Counted from the first letter of the stretch, positions 16,329 through 31,123 are shown. The stretch is DNA of 64,000 nt from Eledone cirrhosa (GCA_964016885.1 OZ024740.1:321904001-321968000), one strand, 5' to 3'. The notes: generated by a model not told the origin, from the sequence alone. Made by a program: numbers and translations.

Positions 16329-17085
16329 TCTTCTTCTTCTTCTTCTTCTTCTTCTTCTTCTTCTTCTTCTTCTTCTTCTTCTTCTTCTTCTTCTTCTTCT
16401 TCGTCTTCTTCTTCTTGAGAGGGTATTGGAGGCAGAGTCCTCAAACACTCCTTCCAGCAGGTCCTACCAAAAAACAACTGTCTCCAACTGATCCGGCTGG
16501 ATCCCTAAGCGTGACCAGCCAAGTTCATGGATGTTATCCAACCATCTTGCTCGGGGTCTACCCCTGGGTCTCTTGTCGGTTGGTTTTGCCCGTAAAATCG
16601 ATTCTTTCCTGAGACATTCTAACCACATGCCCAGAGTATCGGAGCTGTGATCTCTTAATTCGGAGAAGTAGCGGCTCTACCTGGAGCGACTCTGATCTCC
16701 GAGCTACGCACTTTATCGTATAACGTTACTCCAAAGATCCTTCGGAAGAATCCCATTTCGGCCGCTTGTATTCGTGATCGTATTCTTTCGGTCATTACCA
16801 AAGATTCATGACCATTGGCACGAAAACTGTATTGAAGGTAAAAAGTTTGGCTTTACACCCACCTCTCTTCTGATTACTGAATGCTGAACTTGGCACATTA
16901 CTGCACCAGCTTTTGCAATTATTGCACTTAATTCAGCATCCTGCCTTTCATCACTCATGAACATGGCCCCGAGATACTTGAACTACACTACCTGCTTCAG
17001 TAGCACTCCATTCACAAGTAGCATGCTTCCTTGAGTGGACGAATGTCTCAGTTTGCGCAGCACTGATTTCCATTCCAGCTAATTT
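16329..17085 (-). mobile_element. RTE-clade LINE 3' fragment with (GAA)n tail
   Basis: degenerate translation FKYLG...RIQAAEMGFFRRI.GVT..DKVRS...QLRY.GHV.RM...RPRGRPR.RW.D. Confidence 0.85.
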
Positions 17086-17349
17086 TCATTCTAGCTATTC
17101 TACTAGATAACGAGTCGCAGGTGGCGGATAACGATACGGCCACCAGATATGATGGCTAGTTGCGATATAAGCGGACAATTGTCGGACGAATAAGCAACAA
17201 GGCGAACTGCTAAACCATTTATCCATGCTGTATCCACTTAATATAATTACTATTATTATAATTGCTATTTGGCAGTATCGGTAGAGGGTCGGACGCCATG
17301 CTTTCCAGCATAGTTACGTCCCTTTACGGTCTGAATTCAAATCCAGCCG

Positions 17350-17471
17350 ACTCGTTCCTATTACCCACTCTACTACTTAGGGTAGTAGAGTGGGTAATAG
17401 GAACGAGTAGGAGTCCAGAATTAGCCGACGAAACGCCTTGAGCTCAGCCGTCGGGGTCCTACTCGTTCCTA
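17350..17471. repeat. rearranged palindromic fragment of family G, interrupting a SINE (17270-17349)
   Basis: shares TTAGGGTAGTAGAGTGGGTAATAGGAA and GAGCTC.GCCGTCGGGGTC with 24170-24302 and 34894-35062. Confidence 0.75.
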
Positions 17472-17571
17472 TATATATATATTTATTAAAGCTCTACGGT
17501 TCTTATATATTTGATATATATTTATCCTTATCGAGCCCTCTTTGGATTTTAGTCTTCAAATTTATTATTAT

Positions 17572-17618
<47 letters not shown>

Positions 17619-17693
17619 TGTACAAAAAAGAAGAAAAGAAAACAGACATATGCATGTATGCGTTCAAATGGTAATGGACCAGAAACGCATGTC

Positions 17694-17859
<166 letters not shown>

Positions 17860-17949
17860 ATTCCTGGTTGAATCGGAGGTAACCACAGTAAGTAAGGTAC
17901 TCAATACATAGCAGAGTATAAAAGTTTTAACATAGAAGAGCTTCTAACG

Positions 17950-18011
17950 GACTAGAACTGTTTCATTCGTGAGAAATCTGATGATTTCTCACGAATGAAA
18001 CAGTTCTAGTC
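17950..18011. repeat. perfect 29-bp-arm palindrome centred on a hammerhead core remnant
   Basis: GACTAGAACTGTTTCATTCGTGAGAAATC tgat GATTTCTCACGAATGAAACAGTTCTAGTC; right arm reads CTGATGA-TTC/GAA-GAAA-CAG-TT. Confidence 0.8.
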
Positions 18012-18083
18012 TTGTGTGTGTGTGTGTGTATGTGTAATTTTGCCTCCTGTGTTTTATTTTGTTTCATTTATTAACTATGTATA

Positions 18084-18123
<40 letters not shown>

Positions 18124-21100
18124 AAACGGTAGATGTCTGTCTGTGTGTGTGTATGATTTTTATGCATTTCCACATTTCTCTACCGATTTTGATGAATGTT
18201 TTCCCAATGTGCTCCAAATTTACCAGGGCAGGTCAACACGTAATTATTTTTGCCAAAAATGTCCTGCTTCTATGAATAAAAATCGATAAAACTAAATACA
18301 TGCTATAACCCTCTCTCTTACATGCTTCATTCCTCTCACTACTACCATCAAAAATATATGAAACTACATACATGTTGCAACTCTCGTTAAAAGGTTTATA
18401 TTTTCCTCTACTCCACTCTCAATCTCCTCTGAAACTCTCTTTAAAAGGTTCATCACTCTCTCTACTCCCCCCTCAATCTCCTCTGCAACTCTCTTTAAAA
18501 GGTTACTGCCTCCGTCTACTACCCTATCAACATTACAATTTAGAACGACAAAACTTCTTTTGAAGGAACGCGACACAAACTTTGAAACCTAAGCAACAAC
18601 CATAGCTTTACTCTTTCCGTCGCTCTTCCCTCTCTCTACAATAGATTATTCCCCCTCTCTACAGTCATAACGACACTCATACATCAAATATCAAAATTTA
18701 AAAAGCCGATAACACTAAATACATACTGCTCTATCAACGTTACATTTTACACACTTACATTTTACATCAAATAACAAATATTCAAAAGTAACAGATGAAT
18801 TTATAAAACAACAAACGTAACAATAACGACCTCTCTATAATTTAACTGCTTTACTCTCTCTGTCTCTCTTCACTCCCTATATGACAACACTGCAGAGAGA
18901 GAAACAATGTCTCTGATCAAATGGAGCGTTCCGTATATTCCCCCTCTCTATAATTTAACTGCTTTACTCTCTCTGACGCTCTTCACTCCCTATATGACAA
19001 CACCGCAGTGGAGCGTTCCATATTGAGCGTTCCGTATTGGCATACGGCTTATCTGGGGCATTTTCAATCGGATTATTGCTAACAACCCGCAAAATAACAC
19101 TTCATATAACAGATTAATGCTATAGACATATGAATCGGAATGTAACCCGTGAACTTTTTCCTGGGCAAAATTATTCGAACAGACATGACCTCATTGCCAG
19201 AGTGTTCAGACTGAAACTGGCTAAACTCATGGCTTTAATCAAAAAGGTCAGGTATTTGGGGCTGTAAAATGTGACATGTTTACCGTCGAATGGCAAAAAC
19301 GAGGGCTGCCACATGTTCACATTTTGATTTGGTTAGCTGATAAAATCAATTCAAATGCCATAGACAGCTTCATTTCGGCTGAAATCCCTAACCCAGCAAC
19401 TGACCAGGAATTACATGACATCGTCAAAGCTAACATGGTCCGTGCGCGTCGGATCCTAATGAGCATCACACGTGTCTGAAAGGGGAGTCGTGCAGTAAGG
19501 GATACCCCAAAAAATTTGTTGACGAGACTCAGACTGGTGGCGATGGGTACCACCTGTACAGGCGGAGACGGCCCGGGAACGGTGGCTTCACCACAACAGT
19601 AAAGGGAGGTCAAGTCGACAATAGATGGGTGGTCCCTTACTGCCCGCTTCTCTTGAAGATGTTCAACGCCCACATCAACGTTGAGTTTTGCAACTCCGTC
19701 AAGTCTATAAAATACATATGCAAATATGTAAATATGGGCTCTGATGAGGTCACAGAATACCTGGCGGGGCGGTACATCAGTAGCAATGAAGCTTTTTGGC
19801 GCCTATTTGGTTTCCCCCTACACCAACGGCACCCCGCCATCGTACAGCTTGCGGTACATTTGGAAAATGGGCAAAGGGTTTACTTTACGGACCAAACCGC
19901 CGCCAAGCTGGCCGCCGATCCGAAAGAGACCACTCTGACAGGTTTCTTCAAACTTTGCCAGTTCGATACATTTGCGCAAACAATTGTGTACCCTCAGGTT
20001 ACATCCGACTTTATATGGTCGAAAAACACTTGGGCGCGAAGAAAGTCAGGTCAGGCTGTTGAGAGACATCCTGGTGTAAAATTTGACAACTGTCTTGGAA
20101 GGGTTTACACTGTGCCCCCAAGTCAGCATGAGTGCTTTCATCTCCGCCTTCTTCTGCATGAAGTTGTAGGCCCACAAAGTTTTCAGGACCTAAAAACTGT
20201 TGATGGAGAAATATGTGATACGTACCGGGAAGCCTGCTTTAAGCGTGGTCTTTTGGAAGATGATTCGCAATGGGATTCCACTTTAGCAGAGGGTACTTTG
20301 TTGAAATCACCTAAAGGTCTACGGGAACTCTTTGCCATTTTGATTCAAAAGTGTGAATTGGGTGATCCCAAGTCTTTATGGGTCAAGTACAGAGACTTCA
20401 TGTCAGAGGATTTCCTGCGCCTGGCTCATCTGCAGTATCCTTCAGTGGAAGTTGCTTACAGCGGCATTATCTACAACAGGGCACTCATTGATATCGAGGA
20501 CGCCGTCCTCGACTTGGGTGGGACTGAGTTGGCGACGTATGGCTTGCCGTCAACCGTCACAGATGAAGCTAACACGTTGGCCCCGGATTTGTTTCGGGAA
20601 ACAGCATATGACATCGAATCTCTTTCCCAATACTTAGAGGAAAATGAGCCCAAACGTCTGTCGGACCAAGGGTATTTAACTATCATTGACGCGGTTCAAA
20701 ATCAGACTGGGGGTATTTACTTTCTCGATGCTCCTGGGGGTACCGGAAAAACCTTTGTAACAAAATTGATTCCCGCTAAGATTCGTCAGGAGAAAAAAAT
20801 TGCGTTGGCCGTTGCATCGTCCGGGATCGCTGCTACTTTGCTGCCGAGAGACAGGACAGCACATTCAACCTTTAAACTCCCCTTGGATTTAGTAAAAACT
20901 GAGACACCAACATGCAATATCAGCAAGAGCTCACACGAAGCTCTGGTTCTCAAAAAATGTTGCCTCATTGTTTAGGATTATTGCACAATGGCACACAAGG
21001 GTGCCCTTGAGGAATTGGACAGGACCCTGAAAGACATTAGGGATTCTACGGCTCCTATGGGTGGCGTAACCCTTCTGCTATCAGAGGATTTTCGGCAAAC

Positions 21101-22333
21101 GCTGCCTGCCATCCCCAAAGGGACAAGTGCTGATTAAGTGCGTGCCTGCCTTAAGTCGTCCACGTTGTGGCCCAGGTGAAGACTTTGTACCTGAGCACAA
21201 ATATGCGTGCTCATTTGCATGGTGACAACATGTCTGCAGCATTTGCTCAGAACATTTTAGCACTTGGTGAGGGCAAGGTCCCTGCGGATGACAAGGGCGG
21301 CATAGCAATCGACTCCCTGTGCAACATTGTGAGCAGCCCTTCTGACCTTTGGGAGGCAGTTTTTCCTAATGTCTCATCTAACTTTAAAAACTTCGATTGG
21401 CTCAGCGAAAGAGCCATCCTTGCTCCGAAAAATGCCATGGTTAATTTTATTAACGAGCAGCTGATTGAGAAAATTCCCAGTAAAGAGCACATCTTCAAAT
21501 CTATCGACCGGACGTCAGACCCCGACGATATCGTTAATTATCCGGTTGAGTTATTAAATTCCCTTGAGCCTCCAGGGCTCCCACCTCACATTCTTAAGCT
21601 TAGGGTTGGCTGTCTCATTATGCTAATAAGGAACTTGCGCCCACCAAAGCAGTGCAACGGTACTCGCATGGTCGTCAAGTCAATGACGCCCCACTTGATT
21701 GAGGCCACCATTGTAACGGGGTGCGGGAGAGGGGAGAATGTTTTCATTCCAAGGATGAACCTTTTCCCTTCGGCGTCAGATATCCCGTTCAATTTCCGGC
21801 GATCCCAATTCCCGATGAGATCATGTTTTGCCATGTCCATTAATATCACAAGGGCAAACATTTTCGGTGGCGGGCATCCATTTGGGGGAGCCATGCTTCT
21901 CCCATGGTCAACTTTATGTTGCCTGTTCCCGCGTAGGGAGCAGGAATACACTTTTTGTTTACACTCCTCAAGGGATGACACGCATTATCGTCTACAAAGA
22001 GGTGCTATAGATGTTGGTGCAGGTGTTGGAGGTGTTGGAGCTATGCCGTCTGGAAAACTATTTCCTGGTAGGGTCACCCATGGCGGACAGATGTGACACC
22101 CAGCGGCATCAGGGCCACCATCTTGCAACTTTGGTCTGCTAAATTCGCTATTGGAAGATTATTAACCCATCATTGATTGTCCAAAATGCTAATTGGTTCG
22201 TAACTTTTAATAACCGGTTCAACTGCTTTATGCACTTAATTGATAAGCTTATTCGCTTTCAAGCCACGTTTACCTGTATGTAACTTTTCATAGCAAATGA
22301 ATAAACCCGAGCAACGCCGGGCTAAACTGCTAG
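18084..22333 (+). mobile_element. Helitron (decayed autonomous element)
   Basis: 5' TC(TA)nAAAAC..GTCTGTCTGT, RepHel coding region, 3' hairpin CCCGAGCAACGCCGGG + CTAG|T. Confidence 0.93.
19180..22010 (+). pseudogene. RepHel (HUH Rep + Pif1-family helicase), multiple frameshifts/stops, N-terminus missing
   Basis: EWQKRGLPHVH, KYICKY, FLDAPGGTGKTF, AVASSGIAATLL, ERAILAPKN, CNGTR, SQGQT, FSHGQLYVACSRV across ORFs 19276, 19629, 21167, 21828. Confidence 0.95.
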
Positions 22334-22527
22334 TATATATATATATAAACACCTCTGAGTGTGTGCGTGTAAACAACGACATATATATACATATACGCGT
22401 ATATATAGTTGAATAGTTAAATATATGACAAATCATAGCGATGTTTGACAACCTCCCACGTGAGCGATAAACAGGTGTACATGTATAGCTTCTAGGCTTT
22501 TAACTGTTATATAGTTATATGTGTATG

Positions 22528-22573
<46 letters not shown>

Positions 22574-23389
22574 ACGTTGACAAGAAAAATTAGAGTAGGG
22601 GAAATTTTGGGGAATAATGATTGTGTATTTGAGGGGAGATGATGGCATTGGGAGAGTGTGTGGGCAGATATATTATTTAGTGTGTGTTTGTGTGGGTTGA
22701 TATTGTATTCGGTATGCGTGGGTGGAGATAAGTAGTAGCGATTGTGAGATGATGGTGTGTAGCGTGTGTTAGTGTGGTTTTGTCAATCAGCCAGCAGAAC
22801 CTTTAAAGTAGCGAGGTGGTGTAGGATGATGTAGTGTAAGATGTAAATTTAAAGGAAGCAAAGGAGAAGATGATGTAATGACGTTCATGCCATTTCAAAA
22901 GTCATTAATGGCAGAAGAATACAAATGTGTATTTATTTCACACATTTGACAAGAGGTCACTACATTTGCAGGAAAGAGATTGCAACTACCCATTGTATAA
23001 CTGGTATAAATTTTATTAATTTCGAGTAGTGTGCGGGTTGTCGACCTTTACGTAAATAAACTAAATACCTTTAGATATAATTATTTCATGTTTAACTTTG
23101 TCTATAGATTGGGAGGGTCGTTAGAGCGTCGGAAAATATACCTTGCGATATTTGTTCGAATCTCTCCGACGTCAACTTTGCCTTTCATCCTTTAGGAATC
23201 AATAAAATAAAGTGCCAGTCAAGTATTGGCGTCCTTACGTCAGATATGGTGTGCTGGTGGTTAACATCACTGGTACTGTCTAATATATATATATATAATG
23301 TTTACTGCGGTTACCCCGATTGAAACCAGGGTGTCCCCAAACAAATATATACACACTTATTTTAGAATGCTGTTGAAGTGTGTATACAT

Positions 23390-23535
23390 TTTTGTGGCGG
23401 ACCGTTTTGCTGAACATTTGAGGAACATACGACTCGGTTTGGAAACTCCCGTCGCCCGTCGTTTCCATTCCCCAGGTCATTCTTCCCTACATGTCTCAGT
23501 CCTGGGTGTCCTTTTACATCACGGATCACAGGCCG
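23390..23535 (+). pseudogene. Penelope-like GIY-YIG endonuclease C-terminal fragment
   Basis: ADRFAEHLRNIR....PVARRFHSPGHS...VSVLG. Confidence 0.7.
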
Positions 23536-23589
23536 TGTGTGTGAAAAGAATCCTGCGTGGCTTAAAACATACGGAGGAATAAAAACTAA

Positions 23590-23905
<316 letters not shown>

Positions 23906-24018
23906 ATGTATAGTATATTTGGCAAGATACCGTATGTTTAATTAAAAACATTTTGAAAACCATATGCTATCGATTTTAAAGTACTGACTATGTCACTTAC
24001 TTCTTTTCGGCGAAAGAA

Positions 24019-24078
24019 GGGAGAGAAGCTAACAGTCTGTTTCACGCTGTTTGGCGATCATCAAAGCCACGCACTCCC
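24019..24078 (-). ncRNA. type I hammerhead motif (family G, element ~23960-24302), C3 replaced by U
   Basis: GGGAG..GGCT-TTGATGA-tCGC/GCGt-GAAA-CAGACTG-TT-AGCT..CTCCC. Confidence 0.65.
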
Positions 24079-24299
24079 TGCTTCCGGCGAAAATTTTAGA
24101 AGCTGGATTCATAGAATTTCAGTAATAATCGAAGGAAGTGTGGTAAGGAAGCAGGTGGACCATAACGCACCAGAGTACTCAATACTTAGGGTAGTAGAGT
24201 GGGTAATAGGAAATTGTTCAAGACCCAGAAATAGTCCAGAGTCCAGAAATAGCCGTCGAAACGACTTGAGCTCTGCCGTCGGGGTCTTGAATAATTTTC

Positions 24300-24353
<54 letters not shown>

Positions 24354-25091
24354 AGTAGGTAGGTAGGTAGGTATATAGATAAATAAACACCCAGACAGAT
24401 AAAACGGTATACGACGGAATGCTGAAAAATTGCTGGCTTGAGCTCTGCTATAGAGGCTTGGCTAGAGACTAAATTTCCGAGTTCTTTTTACAGGGCTTAG
24501 AAAAACTGAAGAACCATTGCAATAAGCAGGGGTGGTGGAACGGGGAAAGGGGGGGGGACCCCAATAATTATATTTTTCTCCCCAAACTACCAAAACACAT
24601 ATCTATTTGTATATGCGCTACATTTTATTTACATGTTATGTAGAGACAGGTGGTAGAAATAGATATAGAGAGGGTGGAGAGTTTGGTGGTAATTGATATA
24701 TAGAGGGGGATTGGGAGAGTGTGTTCTATATTAGATATATATTTCTATTTATTTGCCACCAGGACATCAAAGATTGGGACAAATACAAAGGGGGGAGTTT
24801 ACATACATTTAAAAAGAAGTGTAAAAAACATATAACAAATAAAATTTAACAATCGATGTCCTCAATAGGGAGGGGCGTTGACATGGGTCGCACACACCCC
24901 CGAAAAAATGTGCAACCCTCCTCTTCAGGAGCACAAAGAGCGGGTGCTTCCTTCCTCTTCTCATTCTTCTCCTCTCTCACCTACAGGCTGATATAGAGAG
25001 AAGGCCCATTCACTCGGGCCATTCTCGCTACTTTCACCCATCTTTCATATAACTTGTTGGGGTAGAGCACCTCTCTCTCCATTCTGATCCT

Positions 25092-28000
25092 TCATCTAAA
25101 GTGGTACTTGAAAAAAAAGATCAGTTGTTGGCCGGAGAGAAAGGTGTCTGACCTCAGCCCTTTCAACCTTGTCCACCATACAACTTCTTTCGCCATAGCT
25201 ATCACACAGAGGAAAACCGCCTCTCCTTCGTTTTTGAAAGGGGAAGGCGGTTTGATTGTGACAATGTTCTCGGTGGTCAACCGGATTGGTCCCACCCGCG
25301 ACAGTAGTCGTTCTACATAGCCCCACAGGTCAGCAACGCCCGGGCAGTGTACGAATGCGTGTGCGACGGTTTCCTCGTCACTCACGCATCTTGGACAGAT
25401 CTTCTTCGAGGGGTCCCTACCCGGGCACCCGTGTCTGTAGAGCTTGTCCCGAACTGGTAGAGCTCCTCGGTAACATTGCCAAGCCAGGGACTTTTGGAAG
25501 TTGTCCATCGGTCCCGGGCCAAACGTCCTACCGAACAGACTGGCCAGCTCGTCTTCCTCCATGCCCAGAGCCTCTCCGAGAGCGTCGTCGCACTTACTGC
25601 GCACCAACCCTCTATAGAATGTTGAGGTTGAGTCTCCACTGATTGCCGGATTCGCTTGCCAGAGGGCCGTGAGCGCCTGGGCACATTCAATGTGCCAGTC
25701 GCCCACTTTTCTCGGTCTTTGCTTGACCCAGGATTGCAACTCGGTGAGTGAGACGAGTCTCGGAAAGGCTCGCCTCACAAACAGGGCCCACACCGGCTGA
25801 CCGGTGAGGAATACCTGGAGGTGCCGTAGCCTTAATGCGTGTCTACGCATCGTCAGCCACGGCATCCCCAGCCCTCCGTTCGAAGGGTGTTGACAGCAGA
25901 TGGATCTTCTCACCAAAGGAGCCCGCTTCTTCCAAAGAAATCGGAAGAGCGCGCGCTCCATTTTGGCGAGTGTTTTCTCTGGGCAAGGCACGACGGTCAA
26001 GCGGTAGTAGATGACGGACGCTATATAAGCGTTCGCCACCTCCGCTCGACCTTTCAGGGATAGTTTGCACTCGGCCCACTTCTGGGCGAGTGCAAACACC
26101 TTGCCCGTTACCTCGTCCCAGTTTTTCTCCACCTGGAGGTCCGGTCCGAACCTGACCTCGAGCAGCTTCACCGGTCCCTCCGTCCAGCGTCCGACGATGC
26201 CGTCGGAGGGCATCGTTTTGCCCCTCCACGTGCCGAGTTGCAAACCGACGGACTTGTCCCGGTTCAGCTTGGCTCCTGTGAACCTTTCATATTCCTCCAG
26301 TAAGGTGCCGATCTGTCCGATTTCCGAGGCGCACGACACCATTACTGTCACGTCATCGGCGTAGGCCGACACCGCTTTCCGCAATCCCGGTTCCAAGGGG
26401 ATGCCCTGCAACAGCTCCAGCTTCTGCAGTAGTGGCTCGAGAGCCAGCACATACAGGAGGGAGGAGAGAGGGCATCCCTGTCGAATGGATCGCGTGATTT
26501 GGAACGGCTCCGAGAGGTAGCCGTTCACCTTGACCCTCGTGCAGGTGTTGCTGCTGTGCATTGCAGCAATCCAGCCCCTGAAAACGCATCCAGGTACCGA
26601 TGGTCAACCCTATCGAACGCTTTAGATTGATCCAAGTTGATCAGGGCCCCACCAAAGCCGGGTTCGTTCCCTACCCTCTCTACGATGATTCGCATGAGGT
26701 GGAGGTTGTCGTGTATGGACCTGGACAGGATTGCGCATGTCTGCGCTTCTCCCACCGGGTTCCCGACGACAAGCGCCAACCTCTTCGCTAACACCTTGGC
26801 CAAAATCTTTAACTCTGTGTTTAGCAGAGTTATGGGCCTGAAGTTATCTATGCCATCCCCCTTGTTCTCGTCCTTCCTCACCAGCGTGACTACGCCCTTG
26901 GTCACAGAACTGGGAATTCTCCCGTTCTGTTGCCAGTTGCAGTAGACCGCCTCGAGGAGACCGGAGAACAAGCCCGGCATCGCTACATAAAGTTCGTATG
27001 GTAGACCATCGAAACCCGGAGATTTGCGTTTGCCGCATTGGCTTAGCGCTTCCCCTATTTCAGCGGCTGAAATCGGCCTCTCGCAGGACTTCGCCTCCCC
27101 GTCCGAGAGCCGCGCCAGACCGTCGAGGTATGGACCGAAATCCATGGCCTCACCGGGCCCGCCGCCCCTCCCGAACAGTCGTGCAAAGCGCCGTTGAAAG
27201 GCCGCGCTCATCCGCTCAGGTTCAAGGATCACGCGTCCATCCTGGTCCTTCAAAGACCGAATCGTGGACTTGTTTCCACTTTTTGCCTCTGTCACTCGGG
27301 CCCAGCTAACAGCTTTGGCTCCCTCGTTACCCAGAGCACGTATTTTACTCCTGACAACGCAGCCCTCGTGCTTCGCATCAAAGAACTGGTCTAGGGCCGT
27401 TCTTGACGCCAGCACGCCGGCCACGTTGCCACTCCTAATCGCCTCTTCTACTCTATTTGTTAATTCCCTTTCAGTTCTATTCCTATCTGATGCTAATTCC
27501 CGACTAAAACCTATCGATTCTATTCTAATTTCTCTCTTGAGAGAGCCCACCACCTGTTGTTGACAATTTCCCCCGTCTAACGCTGCTTAACTAGTGTGCT
27601 AATCCGCTTACTGTAAGCTTTGTTTGTCGGTAAAGACAAGTTTAGCTTCCACTAACCGGGTCCCTGTCTATGAGTTCTATCAAGGTTGACCACTCCGGTC
27701 ACCAACTTGTGATCCGAATAGTCAACCATGAACATTCGTGGACAGCTTACTATGTCCCTATCCTTATTTCTAACTAGGAACCTATCTAGGTACGACCTAG
27801 ATGTTCCGCTGCGATTACTCCACGTCCACCGTGGCACAGTCGGAAAATCTAGTCGATATCTATCGGCCAGATCAAATCGGCCGATTAATCGTTTGAGACT
27901 GTTACACCCCCATCTATCGGGACATGCCCCTACATAGTCCCAACGTGCATCCAGGATACCATTCCAGTCCCCCACTAAAAGCAAGGAGCGAGACGTTCCA

Positions 28001-28389
28001 AGGAAATTCTCCAGGCGTCGGAAGAAGTCCGGTCGCGGTGTCCCAGATGGGGCATACGCTGCCACCAGCCTGAAAGCTCCACCTTCAACACTGCCGACGT
28101 CTAAAACCACCAGTCGACCCTCCGGGTCCAGGTGTACCTTCTGTGTGGCAAGACCCAGGTATTTTCGCAGCAGAACGACAACCCCACCCCCACCCCTCGG
28201 CTGACAGAGAGATGCGTAGATCTCAATGTCGTCGAAGATGGGGGCCAGTTGGCGCTCGCTGCTGATCCTGGACTCGCAAATAACCATTACATCCACTCTT
28301 TGCGACCTGAGGTCATTTAAGAGTTTGCCCTGTTTCCAGGACATCCCCAAGCCGCGTGCATTCACACATCCAACTCTTATATTGGCCAT
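25092..28389 (-). pseudogene. LINE ORF2 (APE endonuclease + reverse transcriptase + zinc-binding domain), broken into three ORFs
   Basis: NARGL, GDWN, YLDRF, SDHK; KSPGFDGLP, FRPITLLN, DQSKAFDRV; RQGCPLS, AYADD, CPRC..ETVAHAFVHC. Confidence 0.95.
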
Positions 28390-28431
28390 GTTGGTGCTGA
28401 AGAGGTAAAAAGGAAGAGGAAAGGAAATTAC

Positions 28432-30222
28432 TTACCTCTTCGTCTCCTGGGGACCAGGCTGCACAATTTCCATGGGGGTGTTGGAAGGGTTGTTTGGTGG
28501 GGTGGTGGTTTGTGGTGGGGTGAGGACATCAGTGTGTGGTGGGATTAGGGTGTTTGGTGGGGTGTGGGTATCTGGTGTGGGGGTGGGGAAACATCTCAAT
28601 AGGACGCTGTTATGTGGTTTGGTGCAGTTGGTCCCCACATGCATTGGATGGTTCTTTTTCAAAGTTACATGTTTCCGTTGGGACCCTAATCATCATTAGG
28701 TGCGGTTTGTTCGCTGCGTAGGTGAAAGTGACCCCTTCGGTTTCCACCGAAGGGTTATTTTCTATCGCTTTCATCAACGTTTTATTGTTCTTGTTAATGT
28801 ACGTATAGAGTTTTTGTTGTGTTGTGTTTGTTTTTGTTTGTTGTTCTTATGCGTGTTTGCGTTTTGTAGTACGTGTTATGTTTTGGGGAGGGGTGGGTTT
28901 TTTTATTTGTGATGTTTGTTCTGTTTGTGCTGGTGGTTGTGTGTTTGTGGCATTTATGTTAATGTGGTGCCTTTTTTTTCCTTTTCACCTGTTGGAAGGG
29001 TTCTCCCTCGTCGTCACTGGGTGACGTTGATACGGAGTCCTCTTCCGTGTTGTTGGGGAGGGGTATATTTTGGGGTTTTGTTGTGGTTGCTTTTGTATTT
29101 GTTTTAGGTGGGGAGGGGTTGGGTGGAACAGTGTTTTGTGTTGTTATTTTTCCGTGTTGTTGTGGTTGTTGTTGTTGTTGTGGTGGTGGTGGTTGTGTTG
29201 TTGTGTTCGGGGTTAGCAGAAGAGCTTTTTTTTTGACTCGTTAATTGAGGACAGGCAGTCCTCAGGTGACCCCTGCTTAAGCAGTGGTAATATGACGGCC
29301 GCCTTCCCTCCACTGAAATGTTTATATAAGTTAGCCCGTCCAGAGGCACGCGTTGTGGGATATTCGCTATTCGTTCTGGGCTCATTTGCACCAGAACTTC
29401 TACGCTGGTCCCACCAAATACACCTCAGGAGGACTTTCCGATTGAAATTATCTTGTCTTCGTCAAAGTCAATGATTCCACATAGTATCCACCAAATATTT
29501 ACATTTGGTGTGATACTCATTATTTTTATTCTTTGTGTCCTTTTTCCCTGTATGTGGGGAAAAATGTGAAGCGGGGGGACACAATGGGTAATACCGAGTA
29601 CTTTTGTGCTGTTGACTGGTTTTTCATTAGCACCGAAATGCTACCAAACAGTTTACCTTTTTGTATGAAGGTTATGTCCTTCATTGCATCTTTTAGAACC
29701 AGCTCAGTTTCATTTTGTGATAATTGAGCTGGTTTTCTTGTTTCGTTCGATATTGTCCTGAAAACTGTGGTTTTCAGGACAGCCTCTCTACGTAATTCCT
29801 GTGGAGAATTGATGCTAAAAGCACCGTTTTCGCCAAAAGTCACGAATTGTTTTGCGTCTTGTAATAGTTGTTTAGCATTTGTTATGTCTATTGGCGTGTA
29901 TAGTTCGTTTTTTTTTTACAGTCTGTGCGAATGTTGTTTTGGTGTTGTTGTCTTTTTTGTTGCTGTCACTGTTGGTAATATTGTTCATGTTTTCCTTGGT
30001 GTTGCTATTGTTGCAGTTGTTGGTTGTGGTGTTATTGTCATTGTTCTTGTTGTTGGTGCTGGTATTATTTACCGGGTTTGGTTTCGTGGTTTCAATATTT
30101 TCAACGTTTTTCGATAATGCGAGGGGAGAAGGCTGCAAGCTTTGTACTCCTACCTTCCCTCCACCACTTTTCTTAGTGGGCGTGGCACTCACGACAGTGT
30201 GCGAGGTGGAAATGGCATCCAT
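28432..30222 (-). pseudogene. LINE ORF1 (gag-like), fragmented
   Basis: ORFs 29872, 29526, 29104 upstream of ORF2; VEGRRPSYYHCLSRGHLRTACP knuckle; low-complexity N/T/P tracts. Confidence 0.75.
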
Positions 30223-30423
30223 TGCTGACTACCAAGTTTACACAGTTTTGAGATGCAAATGAAAATTTCGCCCCAGAAAGGGGCGAAAATTAGTTGACTC
30301 AACGTCTGAAGGCCCAGACAAGGGGTTAAACTAAACAATGCTATTAAATTGAGCAATGAACTCACAGTTTTTTTGACAATAATCCGTAAAAGTCCGGAGC
30401 GAAGTAATTCACGTCTATACCAA

Positions 30424-30910
30424 GTGGTAATTGATATAGAGGGGTTGATGGAAGAGAGTTCCGTGTAGTAGATATAGAGAGGGGGAGTGTTTGGTGGTAA
30501 TTGATATAAAGAGGGGGAATGGAACAGAGTAGTGTAGTAGATATGGAGAGGGGAAGAGTTTGGTGTTAATTGATATAGAGAGGAGTATTGGAAGAGAGTT
30601 CCGTGTAGTAGATACAGAGAGGATGATAGTTTGGTGGTTGTAGATATACAGAGAAGGATACTGAGAGAGTGCCGTGTAGTAGATATAGAGAGGGTGAGAG
30701 TTTAGGGGGTGATTGATATACAGGGGGGGGATAAGTGTAGATATTCATAGAGATTGAGAGAGTGTATTAGTCTTAGATATAGAGGGTGGGATAAGAGAAG
30801 CGGTGCCATGGTAAATATAGACAGGGGTATAGTTTGGTTTTAGTAGATACAGAGAGGGGGATTAAAAGAGCGTTTTGTGTAATAAACATAGAGAGGAGGA
30901 AGTTTAGTGG
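30424..30910. repeat. degenerate purine-rich ~70-bp minisatellite, continuing at 24640-24740 on the other side of the LINE
   Basis: GTAGTAGATATAGAGAGGG..GAGTTTGGTGGTAATTGATATAGAGG units. Confidence 0.85.
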
Positions 30911-31071
30911 TACTCACGGGTCCCAAATAATAGGAGGGTTGGCAATAATGGGGATGGTGGTGGTGGTGGGGGGAGGGTGCTTGGGAAATCAGTAATTGGC
31001 TTTCAAATTTCACTAAAAATATCTCTTCAACATTTTCTACAGAAAAAAACCCTTTTTCCTTTCTACTATTT

Positions 31072-31121
<50 letters not shown>

Positions 31122-31123
<2 letters not shown>

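Larger units (their letters stand above)
24740..30423 (-). mobile_element. near full-length Tx1/L1-clade LINE, decayed
   Basis: ORF1 remnants with zinc knuckle, ORF2 with APE endonuclease, RT and C-terminal CCHC; 3' UTR ending AATAAAATAG. Confidence 0.93.
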
